NCBI RefSeq assembly: GCF_021869535.1
Contig: NW_026262668.1
Span: 31,124,001-31,188,000, forward strand
DNA: 64,000 nucleotides
Reading direction: 5' to 3'
Source: Mytilus californianus
Lineage: Eukaryota
Shown: one piece after another, positions 27,691 to 39,977 of the stretch
Numbering within the stretch: the first letter of the stretch is position 1
How the letters are laid out: the number at the start of each line of letters is the position of its first letter
Program-made: the position numbers and the translations under genes
The notes under the pieces: generated by a model
Told to the model about the DNA's origin: nothing
Databases searched by the model: none
What the model saw: the letters and a program-made list of their open reading frames with translations, nothing else

Positions 27691-28263
27691 CTCCATTTAT
27701 TTATTAAAATTCATACATTTACAATTTCTCTAAATGAATCATGAATTTAAAATATCAATTTGTAGATAATTTTGGAAATGAAATGTTATTTTTTTTTAAT
27801 CATTTGAGTATTTAACAAGGTCAAAGAACCTTTATTTGTTGATCTTGTGTTCCCAATGATTTTTGAGGTTATAGTTTCTGACTTTTTATATAGTTTTTCA
27901 TTCAATATGATAAGCAAATAGAATACACTTCGTTTCAATTCGTCATCTAATGAGTCAATTTATGGTGTTCGTTATATCGTCGTTGTTGCAGATGTACTGC
28001 TGGTCACATTTCGTTTATTTGTTAATAAGATTGGTGTTTAATTTCTTAAAAATGGTTTTAATGTAAAATGGCAAAAACTTCAAATTGATTAAAATTACAC
28101 ATTTATGTGCAATGAATCTAACAAGAAGTCGTCTGAAAGTTTGCTAAAATAAAAAGTTGGTTTGAGCAAAATATTACGTCAAATTTATATGTATATTCGT
28201 CTCAGCAATGTGAGTACATTATTATAATCATCATTAAAGCAATTATTTTGTTTTTATTTACAG

Positions 28264-31200
28264 ATTCCCATCAAGTAGAAATTAACGCCTGGGAAATTAA
28301 AGATAAGTGCTTTGTTCCAACGTCTGCAGTTGAATATATATGTAATCATTTGCAAGTGAAAAATTGTATAACCGTCACAGGATTAAGAGGAATTGGAAAA
28401 TCTGTTACAATACATCATGTAGCATTAAAACTCCGAGATACAAAAGATTACATAATCATTCCTTGTCGTAGTCCTACCGAGATTCCACTTCATTTTAGAA
28501 AGGAGAGAAAAACACTTTTTGTAGTGGACGATATCTGTGGAAAATATAATATTGATATTAAGGAGGTCAATGAATGGCAAAAACATATATCAGACGAATT
28601 ATCTATTGTAAATTCAGGTGATATAAAAATTTTGACGTCAAACTGTTATAATGTCATTCAAGACCCTAGCTTCAAAACATTAAAAGTCTTAAATGACTAT
28701 GTCTATGATTTGTCTATTTCTGTTGAGGAAAAAGAAAATATTGCATTAAAATACTTACCACAAGATACTTATGAAGAAATTAAAGAATATATAGGACAGC
28801 TGGATTATTTTCCTCTTATGTGTGAGCAGTATACAACACGTCCGATAACTGATGCATTACATTTCTTTACTTATCCTTTCGACATTTTTGAAAAAGAAAT
28901 ATCTGCTATGAGAGAAGAGGACAATCTGAAATATTGTGCATTGTTTATATGTGTTCTTTTGAATGGTTTCATAAGAAAAGCAGATGTATTTTTGGATGGT
29001 TATACTTTTGCTGATGATGTTAACGCTCACAAAACAGAAATTTACGGAGCTCATTATGGAATTTCAAGAAATAAACTCCAAACACTGTTCGATCTATGTG
29101 AGCTCAATCGAGGAACATCCACTGAACGTTTATTTAAGCAATATGATTGTCTATTAAATACATACATGAAAAAGACGGGTATTTATTACCAATGTGTGCA
29201 TGACAAAATGTTTGAATTTCTGTGCTTCTACTTTGGAAAACATATGCAAAAGGATGTAATTTTACATTCCGACAGTAAAGTTATTAGGGACCATACACAT
29301 ATATTTTCCCTGAATGAAAATCATGATTTGTTTTCGATTTCAGTAGAACCAGATAATGAAAACCTATTTTTCTCCAGGATTATTAATGACATATCACAGG
29401 GAACAATTTATGATGTTTTCTGTAATAATCAAATGCAATTTAGTAGCTTTAGATCAAAATTTATAAATTTTCTTCAGTCCAATCATCAGCCAAATCTAAA
29501 AGCGTTATTGATGAACAAACAAGAAATACGGGACAACAGAACGGAACCAGTTACATCATTATATATAGTATGCAATAAAGGTTACCTGGATTTGGCTGTA
29601 TTCATATTAGACCAGACGGATAATTATTTTGACCAAAAGTTTTATCCTCTGAATGCTGCGGCTTCCGCTGGTCATTGTCATTTGATTGAGTTGATGATAT
29701 CTAATGGAGCAGATGTTAATTACCGGGATCAAAGTGGCCATACCCCTATGACTATTGCATGCATAAATAAACACAAAACAGCAGTGAAACTGCTCATCGA
29801 CAAAGGAGCTGACTTAAACAAAAGAACAAACAAAGGCCCAACTCCTTTGATGTGGGCATGCTCAAATGGTAACAAAACAATTGCCGAATTGCTTCTTACC
29901 CATGGCGCTGATATCGACAAATCTGATTACGAAGGGAAAACACCTGTGATGTGGTCCCGTAAACGCGCTGTGCATAACTTGTTCGGTTTTTTAATTTATA
30001 AAGGGGCTGATCTAAATAAATGCGACAATAATAGATGGACAACTTTGATGTGGGTATGCTTTTACGGGCTAACTGACATTGTAGACATTCTTATCTTAAA
30101 TAATGCTGATATTTTCCAGGTCAGCAACGAAGGCTGGACATCTTTCATGATAGCGTGTAAAAGTGACAAAGTTGATATTATAAAACTTCTAATTACAAAA
30201 GGAGTTGATATAAACATGAGAGATAACTTTGGTCAAACAGCATTAATGATGGCATGCACGGAAGGACACGTTAATGTAGTCAATATTTTAATTGAAAACA
30301 AAGTCGATATAGACTGTTGTGATAAATATGGAGTTACTCCATTGATTGCAGTATGCTCTCAAGGACAATTACTTTTAGCAAGTATACTATTAAAGGGCAA
30401 GGCTGATTGCAATAAAGCTGATAATGAAGGCTGGACTCCTCTAATGGCATCCTGTTTTAGTAATAATTACAAACTCACAAAGTTATTAGTTCAACATGGA
30501 GCTTATCTTAATCAAAGCAACAAGGACGGTGAAAGTGCTCTTTTGGTTGCATGCATGGGTGTTATAAACAGAAAAATTGCGTTTTTCGTTGACACAGGAG
30601 TTTACCTGAAGTCTTACGACAATGTTGATAAACGTGACCCCTGCAATAACGATGTTGCACTGTCAATTATCAAATTTCTACTAAAAAGAGGGGCCAATAT
30701 AGATCAAGCAGATAAGGACGGTTGGTCACCATTAATGTGGGCTTGCAAAAACAATTATTTAGAGATAGCGTCTTTGCTCATTGAAAAGGGGGCTGATATG
30801 AATAATGTTTCTTCTGATGGAAACACGGGGACGTCGATTCTACAAATGGCATTAGACGAAGAAAAAATGGATATGGTTAAATTGCTCTTTAATAGAGAGA
30901 TAAATGAACTGAAAGAGCTCATACAAGCAATCAAAAGCAACGACATGAACACGCTCGAGTTTTTAATTGATGATAAAATAAGATGCTTTCAAGAAAATTA
31001 TGAGAATGCTAGATTTTGGTGTCAATTAAACCTTGTTAACAAGAAAAGTTTGAATTTGATAAACGGGTGTGATGATCAAGGTAACAGCCCTCTTTATATA
31101 TCTTGTCGAGAAGGAAATATTGAAATAACAGAGTTCTTAATCAACAGAGGGGCCAACGTTAACTTGTCTTTCTGTGACGGCTCAACAGCTCTGGGAGCTG

Positions 31201-33032
31201 TGTATTCACAAAATACAGAACTTGTAGAACTTTTGATAAAAGCCGGGGCACATGTATACCCAGCGCTAGTACGTGCATTTAAATTACAACAAACAGCCAA
31301 AATCAACCTCTTACTTGACAAAATGCCTAAAATATGTTTGAATGATATGGTCGATAAATATTGTAAATATCACAAAACTGGTTCTGATGATTCGTTAATA
31401 GAAAACGGAACAGATATTGACTACAGCATTGTAAAAAAAATACACTGGTTAGCAGAGTCCATTGAACCCTCAACATGTTCAACAGCTCTAATATTATCAT
31501 GTCAAAATAGTAAAATAAATGTTACCAGAGCTCTGATCGAATTTGGAGCAGATGTTAATATTTCGTCAGAAAATAAAATAACTCCATTAATGTATGCAAG
31601 TTGTTATTCAAATGAAGCTATTGTACGTATGCTTGTAGAAAGACAGGCGAATGTCAATGACATTGATTCGAATGGCTGGAATGTTTTAAGATGGGCATTT
31701 CAAGGACAAAATATGTATAATGTGGATTACTTAATTGATAGTGGTGCCAATATTGAAACAACTTTTATATGTGCAATAAGAAACCAGGATTCGTGGATCA
31801 TTGATACGTTAGTGAAAAGAGGTACGCATTTAGACAGATTACTAGCTATCTCATGTGAATATGGAGATACAAGTTTGGTTGATTTATTACTTTGTAATGG
31901 TGCTAATATTCATTATCAAAATGACAACATGATGACACCTTTAATGACAGCTTGTAAGTTCGGAAACAAAGCCATCATTGACATATTGGTTGAACGAGGG
32001 TCTTCTGTTAATAACGCTCTTCTGACTGCAGTTAGATTAGGAGAAAGTTCCTTAGCAAAATGTTTAATTGAAAGTGGTGGAGATTTAAATTACATTTTTC
32101 TTGAATTGTGTGACAGAAAAGACAGAAGAGCACAAAACCAACTACTTTCACACGGTGTAAATATAAATAAAGTTCTCCATACCGCATGTTGCTCTAATGA
32201 TGTCCATGCTGTGAAACAAGTTCTGACTTTTGAAATTGACATCAATAAATGCAATAAAGAAGGTTTCACTCCTTTAATGACAGCTTGTTGGTATTCAACC
32301 GACGAAATATTTCAGATTTTAGTGAGGGATGGTTACGCCAACATTTTTCAATCACTTGTTTGTGCTTATGATAAAAAAGGGTTTTCCTTTTGTAAAATAC
32401 TATGTGCAAAATGCAAAAATGAAGATTTGGTCAAAACACTATTTGAGGCATCAGAAATTGGACATTATGAAATCATGCAGCTTCTAATTGAAAAGAAAAT
32501 TAACTTGAATCAAAACAATGAAAAGGATGATTCGCCTTTAACGATAGCATGTAGAATCGAGTATAACGCTCTTGTAGAATTACTGATAAAAAATGGAGCG
32601 GACACTGGTATGGCATTTATATCGGCTTTCAGACTAAATAAAGTGAGCACAGCTAAGTTATTGATAGAATGTGGTGCTGATGTAAACAAAGTTGATCCTA
32701 TTGAATGGAGTCCGCTGATATGGGCATGTTTTATCAGACAAGAATACATTACGAATGGCGAGAGTGTGTCGTCAGATTTTGATAGTATAATCGATCTTCT
32801 TATTTCACATGGCGCGGACGTTAACCTTGCTCTAAAAAAAGTATGTGAGAAAAAATTCGAAATTGATAGAGACAGCACTATCGAGTTACTTATTAACAAA
32901 GGAGCTGACATAAACCACCGTGACGAAAATGGTTGCAAACTGCTGACATTGTTGAAAAGAGATGGCAATGAACAATGTTTGAAACTTCTTGCGTTATACG
33001 GACGAAAAAAGAAAACATGCATCATAATGTAA
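28264..33032 (+). CDS. HEPN-STAND-ankyrin protein, exon 4: STAND-type NTPase (nSTAND3-like), more than 20 ankyrin repeats, polybasic CaaX terminus
   Basis: Open for 4.8 kb. Acceptor TTTACAG, phase 1. Walker A GLRGIGKS (28380-28403), Walker B LFVVDD (28515-28532), VHDKMFEF (HD-type) motif, repeated TPLMxAC...GADxN units, ends GRKKKTCIIM*. Confidence 0.92.
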
Positions 33033-33739
33033 AATAGAAACCTAACTATTTTATGATTTTAGTATTTTAATATCATTATATAATAGCATTTGTTTTTGAG
33101 ATAGGGATTAAGTCATTTTTTTTTAGTTAACATTTCATTGATTGATAATATATAATTACTTTTTTATTAACGTTATTTTCGAGGCAAAATAGAATACGAA
33201 CATGAAGAGCATTGCTGAAACATAATCCTAATGGTTTAAAAAAAAAGAACAGTGACATCCGCATTTTTTTAATAGTTCACGTGTGTTTCATTTTAATTAT
33301 CACCGAGACCAAGCAGTGACTATTAAGTGTTACAATTCAAATTGAGACAGTAACCGAAAAGGTACCGCCATTTGATATAATATGCTGATACAAATGAAAT
33401 AAAATATACACATACAAAATAAGGAGAGGTGGTTTACATGCCGATTAGACAACTATCCATCTACCAAAAACAAAGATGAAAACAATACCAGCCTGGGCCT
33501 TAGCCGGTCAACAAGTCATATACCTGCTCCGATTTGAAAAATAAATGACAAGGACTTGTCAGGACTGAGACGTTGTTATTGGTAACGTTGCTTTACGTTT
33601 TGTTTTAACTTTGGTTTTATGATGTTATGTCATTGTTAAGAGTATAATTGTAGTGATACTTAGCATCAAGGTAAAATGCTTCAATAAAGAAGTGCTCCAT
33701 GTCTTCCCGGTTTAAATCTCTTTCTTTGTAACATTGAAA

Positions 33740-33900
33740 TATAAAATAAGGAGATTTGGTATGATTGCAAATGATACAACTCCTAAGCAGATACCAATGA
33801 CGTAGATGATAGCAACTATAGGTCACCTTACGGCCTTCAACAATGACCCAAACTAATACCACATAGCAATCTATAATAGGCCTCGACATAAACAAAATGT
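33740..33900 (+). repeat. Dispersed short repeat family (GAGATGTGGTATGATTGCCAATGAGACAACT core)
   Basis: Related copies at ~33415, ~40450 (+), ~43270 and ~57690-57780 (-). Confidence 0.6.
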
Positions 33901-34299
33901 GAACAATCTAATTAAGAAAACCAATTTCCTGATTTATGTACAAAACAACTAACGAAAAACAAATATAATATATAGCAACAAACGAAAACCACTGCATAAC
34001 ATTACTTGACTTTTTGTGCTTTTGCTATGCATGTACTGATGTTGTGTCATATACTTCCTTTCTATTATATATGCTAAATACGTAAAGAGGCGCCTCCCCT
34101 CATCTGGGAAAGTGATGCAATAACACACCATTAGAACAAACTATAGAAATCAATTGAAAAGGGCTCAACTCATCAGATCGATACAAAGCATAAAACCAAC
34201 TATAAATGACGTTAGCAGTTACTGAAAGCTAGTTCCAGAGCAATAACAACAAATAAGACAGGTGATGAGCTGTCAAATTGAAATCAAACTGGGTTTTCT

Positions 34300-34790
34300 C
34301 TTTTTGGAAGGCGCTTGCAGGTTTTTGTGACCATCCGAATTTTATACATATCAAATCTATCCAGGACCATAACTCCTGAACAGCAAAAATGAAATCGTCA
34401 CACTTGACTACCATTTTGTCATCATTAACAGCATGTTGAAATTTAAAAATTGTATGAGTATTGATTGAACGGTTCATAAGTTATTACACCAAAATGACAT
34501 ACAGTGCCATTTTTCTATGTATCAAAAACCATAACTTCTGGACAGCGAACCTGAAAATCATCAATATCAAACTTGACCTCCATTTTGTCATCATGATCAG
34601 TAACAATATATTAAAATTTTGGAAGCATTGGTCATGAGGAACTACTTGAAGTGTCATTGTCCAATGGATAGAGGACCACAACTCCTGAACGGTAGACAGG
34701 AAAATCGTCAATACTAAACTTGACATCCATTTTGTTATCATTAACAACATATCACAATTTGAAAACCATTGTAAGAAGAGCTCGTTTGTA
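34300..34790 (+). repeat. Three diverged ~150-165-bp tandem units of HINE/satellite type
   Basis: Repeated ACCA(T/C)AACT(C/T)CTG...CTTGAC...CCATTTTGT(C/T)ATCAT at ~34366, ~34530 and ~34676. Confidence 0.65.
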
Positions 34791-35648
34791 CGTTATTGAG
34801 GGAAAACGGAAACTGTTGGAAGTTCCCGGCTCACCCGCCCGCCTTACTTCACCTATTTAATAAATGGATTTTAATTACTTCGGAAACCCCATTTAAAAGT
34901 CATGCATCCAAGACAAAATATCAATCAGTTCGAATCCAATGAATTTAATGTAATGACGTCATAAACTGTCTAGGAAAATGCAATTTTATGCAATGCCTAA
35001 ATATAAATATCTACAGAATGTAGAACTATAAGCGTTAATAGCTGTATAGCAATACAAAATAAGTTATGTTTTAATTTATTTATGAGAAAATCCAAGAACG
35101 AAATGATCTAAAATTTTCCATTTTCACAGCAATCCTAGTGGAATTTTCCGATATTATGCATGTTCGGTTTGTTCTTTGTGGACACGAAACCCTTCACAAA
35201 CATAATTGGTCTGACCTAGATAATATTTTTGGCAATTCAAACAATTAATGCAATATACAAAATGAATAACTTACAGGTCATATTTGCGTTTCTATGGAAT
35301 GTTGTCCACATGCACTCAGAACACGTCTGTACTGCCAGTTTCTTATAATTGTAAAATAAACTACACATTACTTTAAATTACTTTTCAATTTGTAATTAAT
35401 TACATGTAATTGTAAATACATTTTTTTAATACCCCAGGTTTGGTCGAAGACGTATGGCATAAACCTGTACGACTGAGAAGATAAAACACGGAATTGAGAT
35501 CAAATTACAACGGAATGACCTTTTTTTTTTTAAATTGTTAGATGGAGTAAGTTCCTTTATAGCAACAATAGATAATCAGTTCAAGGTGAAATTTGGGTCC
35601 TCAATGCACTTCAACTTTATCCTTTTTGTCCTTTTAATTTTTTTTTAT

Positions 35649-35697
35649 TCGAGCCTTACAAATGAGTCCTTTCTAGACAAAACGCGCGTCTGATGTA
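35649..35697 (+). ncRNA. Degenerate minimal hammerhead motif
   Basis: CAAATGAGTCctttctaGACAAAACGCGCGTCTGATG; both CUGAUGA and GAAA are mutated. Confidence 0.5.
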
Positions 35698-35850
35698 CAA
35701 ATGTTTTAGCCTGTTATGTTTAATGAGTTTATTGTCCTTGAAGGGTTATTATATTCATCTTCTGCTACACCAGTCGTTTTGGCCACATGTGAAGATCCAC
35801 ATTGAGTCAAACAAGTTGAAGCTTGAAAAATATGAACATTATATAAACTA

Positions 35851-35977
35851 CACAAAGCTGAGAGGCTGATAGAGCAGATTGTTACCCAGAGAAAACATTG
35901 TCAACTGAGGCGAAGCCGAGGTTGACAATGCTTTTTCGAGGGGAACCAATCTGCTCAATCACCCTCTCAGCTATGTG
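35851..35977. repeat. Long imperfect palindrome with GCGAAGC apex
   Basis: Arms AGCTGAGAGG..GAGCAGATTG..CATTGTCAAC / GTTGACAATG..CAATCTGCTC..CCTCTCAGCT around GGCGAAGCC (35909-35917). Confidence 0.8.
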
Positions 35978-36484
35978 CTATTTGATTTATTATACTGAAT
36001 GTTCAATCATTATTGTCTTTTACTGTTACATTTTATATTGAAAGTATGTAACTATGACGTCAAGTACACAACAACGTAACAGTTATTAGAAAAACAACAG
36101 AAGTGAAGCAAGACATTTTTTTTTTAATTTGACAGTCTATGAAAAAGTTCTTCTGAGGCCAAAACGTAGACCTTGAGCATTGTCTTTAATTTATTGATGT
36201 TAATTCAATTCATTGTCCTTCAAATTATCGATTTTTGATTGGTCTGCACTAGAGGATGACATTCAAAAAATTGTCTCCCGCTGAGCCATGGGATAGAGTT
36301 AATTATCACCCTCGTATTATTCAACCAAAATCTTGCATTTTGACGTGAAATATAATAAATTTCAATTATCGCACATTAATTTGATATACAATAACCATTG
36401 TGACTGTTAACCGTGTGTAGGTAGTAAAATATTGTAGGCAGAATACATTGCACAAAGGGCATAACACTCTCTTAATTAGTATAG

Positions 36485-36646
36485 AATCGATCCTGCTTAT
36501 AAATATCTCTATGTTTTTCTTTTTGTTTTGATTATATATAATAAATATCTAAGGGAATCATTCAAAATCGATCCTGCTTATAAATTTCTCTATGTTTTTC
36601 TTTTTGTTTTGATTATATATAATAAATATCTAAGGGAATCATTCAA
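36485..36646. repeat. Recent 81-bp tandem duplication
   Basis: Two copies starting at 36485 and 36566, differing at one position that I could see. Confidence 0.9.
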
Positions 36647-36774
36647 ACTTCAATAGTTTAACCCTATTAGGTTGTTTTATGTTCAGATGAGCTTTCAATA
36701 CTTGGCGTACTGAATGAAAAATCTTCTTTGAAACATTTCGCGCTAATTATTTAAATCAATATGATATGCAAAAA

Positions 36775-37105
36775 TATAAAACAAGATGTGTTGGAACAAC
36801 AGGAATGGTCCAGCTGGCAAAAAAGTCGTGAAGCCATTTTTAGGAGTGTAAATTTGAGAATTAAAGTCTGTATAACTGTTCCACAAAATTTTAAAAGTCC
36901 AAAGCCCGTAATTTCAGCAAAGATCAGCAGAGAGGAACCAAACGTGAACTCGATCTGTAACTCATCATAGAAGACTCACATACTAAAAGTCAGCTCAACA
37001 TGTGAAGGCAATTAGAAAACAAGTCCGTATATCTGTTTGTTGTGGAATGACGGAATGACGGATACGGGGAAAACTATATAGCCCTGACACTGTGTGGCGG
37101 GGCCT
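36775..37105 (+). mobile_element. Short Helentron-like non-autonomous element (HINE)
   Basis: ACAAGA start, one satellite-like unit, GGAATGAC microsatellite and a 3' GCCC...GGGC hairpin. Confidence 0.5.
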
Positions 37106-37129
37106 TAGCAATGATAACATACATATATA

Positions 37130-37577
37130 GGTTGCAATTCTGTAAATATAGACAATGCTATTTCCCATAGGAACTCTCTTTGTGGCTAAAACTATGACAC
37201 TTTTACTATGAAGTTTCGTGAAAAATAATATCCCAGAACATAAAGTTTATATGCACTACCATTTAATTCAAAGGTCAAAATATAGGGCTGTGCGGCATAT
37301 TTTCAACATTTATATGCCCTGAACTTCTAGGAGTTTAAACTTATACTAAAATTCTATACTACCCTTACCTTCATATTTTGACCTCCTAAGAATTAAAATT
37401 TAGGCGCTACCATGTTTTTTTATACTGGTTACATTCCCAAGTGATGTCTCTATGAGATGAAACACAGAGATCATAAATGGGAACCAGTACATTAACAAAT
37501 TAACATATCTATGAATATTATATATCTCCCCAAAAGAGGCGTGGTTTGAGAAACAGCTGTATTTACAAAGTGCAACC
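37130..37577. mobile_element. MITE with ~18-bp TIRs and TA flanks (Tc1/mariner-type)
   Basis: TATA|GGTTGCAATTCTGTAAATA ... TATTTACAAAGTGCAACC|TATA. Confidence 0.7.
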
Positions 37578-39218
37578 TATAATCATTACAAAAATCTGAA
37601 GTGAAGCATTCATTGCTCTCATTTACTAGAGAACAATCCTGAAAAAGATGCAATGCAGTATCAGCTATTGCTAATGGAAGGGTGATTTAGTATTTATTTG
37701 TTTATACAACAATTGTCATTCAACCTACTTTTAGACCAAAATTGTATTGTTTGGTCCCTTTATTCATTACGATATCTCTTCATTCAAAAATAACAATCAA
37801 TATTGACTATTTGCAATGGTATAGTTCATATACTAGTATTAACTTTGATAGAGTCGATTATCTGACAGGAATGTTTCTTAAATTTATGTAGAATGAGAAC
37901 ATATTAAATCATATGTAGTCTAACAGATGCAGTAACGTTATGACATGAATATTTGTGGCGTTTAAAAACGGTTTTAAACGTATGGTTTAATAAGTTGATA
38001 AAACGTTTAAGTGCTTGTCTCACTAACAAGGAAAACATCTTCATCTCGAAGACTGTATAGTTATCGGTTGTCGGCAAAAGGGGAATAATTTTATTTTAGA
38101 TTTTTTTGTTACCAGTGACTAAAAGATTCCGGATAGCCATGCTTTTTCGGCCCTAGGTGGTTTATCAATAACATCGAGGACGGACATACAGTTGTGAAAA
38201 GGACTGATTATGAAATTGTAAAAGTAAAGTTAATGAAAATGTATCAATATATATCAATATATATATCACCGAGTTAAGCTTTGCCTATTAAATTCATCTT
38301 TCAAATTGGCACGCATTTACCACAAACATTAGAAAACTATCGTTTTTTTTCCACACAGGATAACTTGCCTTAACAAAGCTTAAACGTTAAAATATTTTTC
38401 CTAATTTGTTTACTTGGATGCCTTCTCTTGCAACAGTTTTATTCGTTAAAACCGAATTTTTTCTGTCTTTAATGTAATGAACATCAAGAGTTGCAACTGG
38501 TACATTATGTCAAGCTCAGGACTTATAAATATGCTTGAGTAAATTTGAGTTGTCTCCCCTAAAGAACAGTTTGTGTGGTTGTAAAATTTTTTGTAAGCTA
38601 TATTTTCATCAGATAACTGTAAAGCTTCTTCAATGTAACTTTATACAGGTATAACGGTCTAATAAATGAACCTGCTCCGAAAAATGCTGTTTATGTTTTA
38701 TTTCATAATCGAAAAGTACGGTTCTCGGTCAAGGTGTTTTCGTAAAATATTCTCGACCAATCGATAACGTCCGATACAATCATGCAATATCATTTATGAA
38801 ATCGTCAACTGTTATAATCTACTCTTGTTCTACCAATATTAATGTATTATCTAACATCATATTCTTCACATCCGGATTTGTAATTCAGCCTCTTGGAAAA
38901 TCTGTTGATGTATTGGCTTACTGTGCAAGACTAAAAGGATTCAAAAAAAAGATCCGAATTAACTAAGCAGACAAAATGACATAACTTGAATAATATTTAT
39001 GTGTAATCAATTATTACATTTTTTACCTAGATATCTGTGTAAATTTAGCGTGGCGAACAAAATTTTAATCCTGGTTTCTATTAAGAATTTTTTTATGAAA
39101 GTATTTGCTCAAAAATGAGTTTATGGTTCTCGACAATTAATACAGGATTCGAATAGACATTTGACATACACTCATTAACAAAGTAAGAACTCATCAAAGA
39201 TACCAGGCGTATAATTGT

Positions 39219-39266
39219 GTACGCCAGGCTTGCGTTTTGTCTACATAAGTCTCATCAGTGACGCCA
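39219..39266 (-). ncRNA. Degenerate minimal hammerhead motif
   Basis: Reverse complement: CGTCA CTGATGA GAC ttatgta GAC AAAAC gcaa GCC TGGCG. GAAA, stem II and the cleavage triplet are mutated. Confidence 0.55.
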
Positions 39267-39641
39267 GATAAGAGTTAAAAGGCCAATTCAAATACGAACT
39301 TGAAGAGCATATAAATACCGAAAATTCCAAAAAGTTGTTCCAAAAAACTTAAAGGCTGAGGCAGAAAAACCTAAGTATTTCGAAAAGTTCAGCATTTTCG
39401 AAACAGTAAATTTATAGAAGATATCAGTTAAAAACGTAGAACACCACGAACAAATGAACAAAATGCGACAAAACGAAAAAAATTTATAAAAAAAATCGCT
39501 TTAACATTATATATAGAGAACTTGTTCCCATCTTAAAAATTATGGCGGATTTATTTTTTGAGTTGAAAATGAAAATGCGGTGGTAAGTTGCACCTGTTCG
39601 CAGCCAACATGTATTGTGTAATTTAGAACCAATGATTATAA

Positions 39642-39977
39642 GTTATATGGTTCGATACTGACCCCTACGGATCCATAGAGGGTTAGTAAAATTCATAGGG
39701 GTGAGACCGAAGGCCGAATCTCCTATGGATTTTACTCACCCTCTATGGTCCGTATAGGGTCAGTAGTGGACCGTATAACGAATTTATTGCACGCGGGATT
39801 TTTCCTGCTGCGTTTTGTAAAACAAAAACAATGAAATACAACAACCCCAATAGATGACGTCACCATTGAAGGTAGACGTGACGTCATGAACCCCCTATGC
39901 AATTTACTAACCCCCTACGGATCCATAGGGGTCACGACGTGACGGCGTTAAACCATAACTTACCCGCGGTGCGATAA
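39642..39977. mobile_element. Palindromic non-autonomous element: 138-bp hairpin with CCGAAGG apex plus a second IR-bounded module
   Basis: Hairpin at 39642-39779. The module 39783-39977 is bounded by TTATTGCACGCGGG / CCCGCGGTGCGATAA and contains a further CCTACGGATCCATAG copy and two TGACGTCA sites. Confidence 0.7.

Noticed and set aside
28248-28263. Start of the 1594-aa ORF (MFLFT) as the true N-terminus
   Set aside because: It uses a TTG inside a polypyrimidine tract ending in an AG acceptor; the upstream exons supply an in-phase ATG-initiated N-terminus.
28857-33025. Antisense ORFs inside the ankyrin exon, and similar shadows of the Tc1 and PLE ORFs
   Set aside because: They are reverse-frame shadows of real coding sequence with no recognisable motifs.
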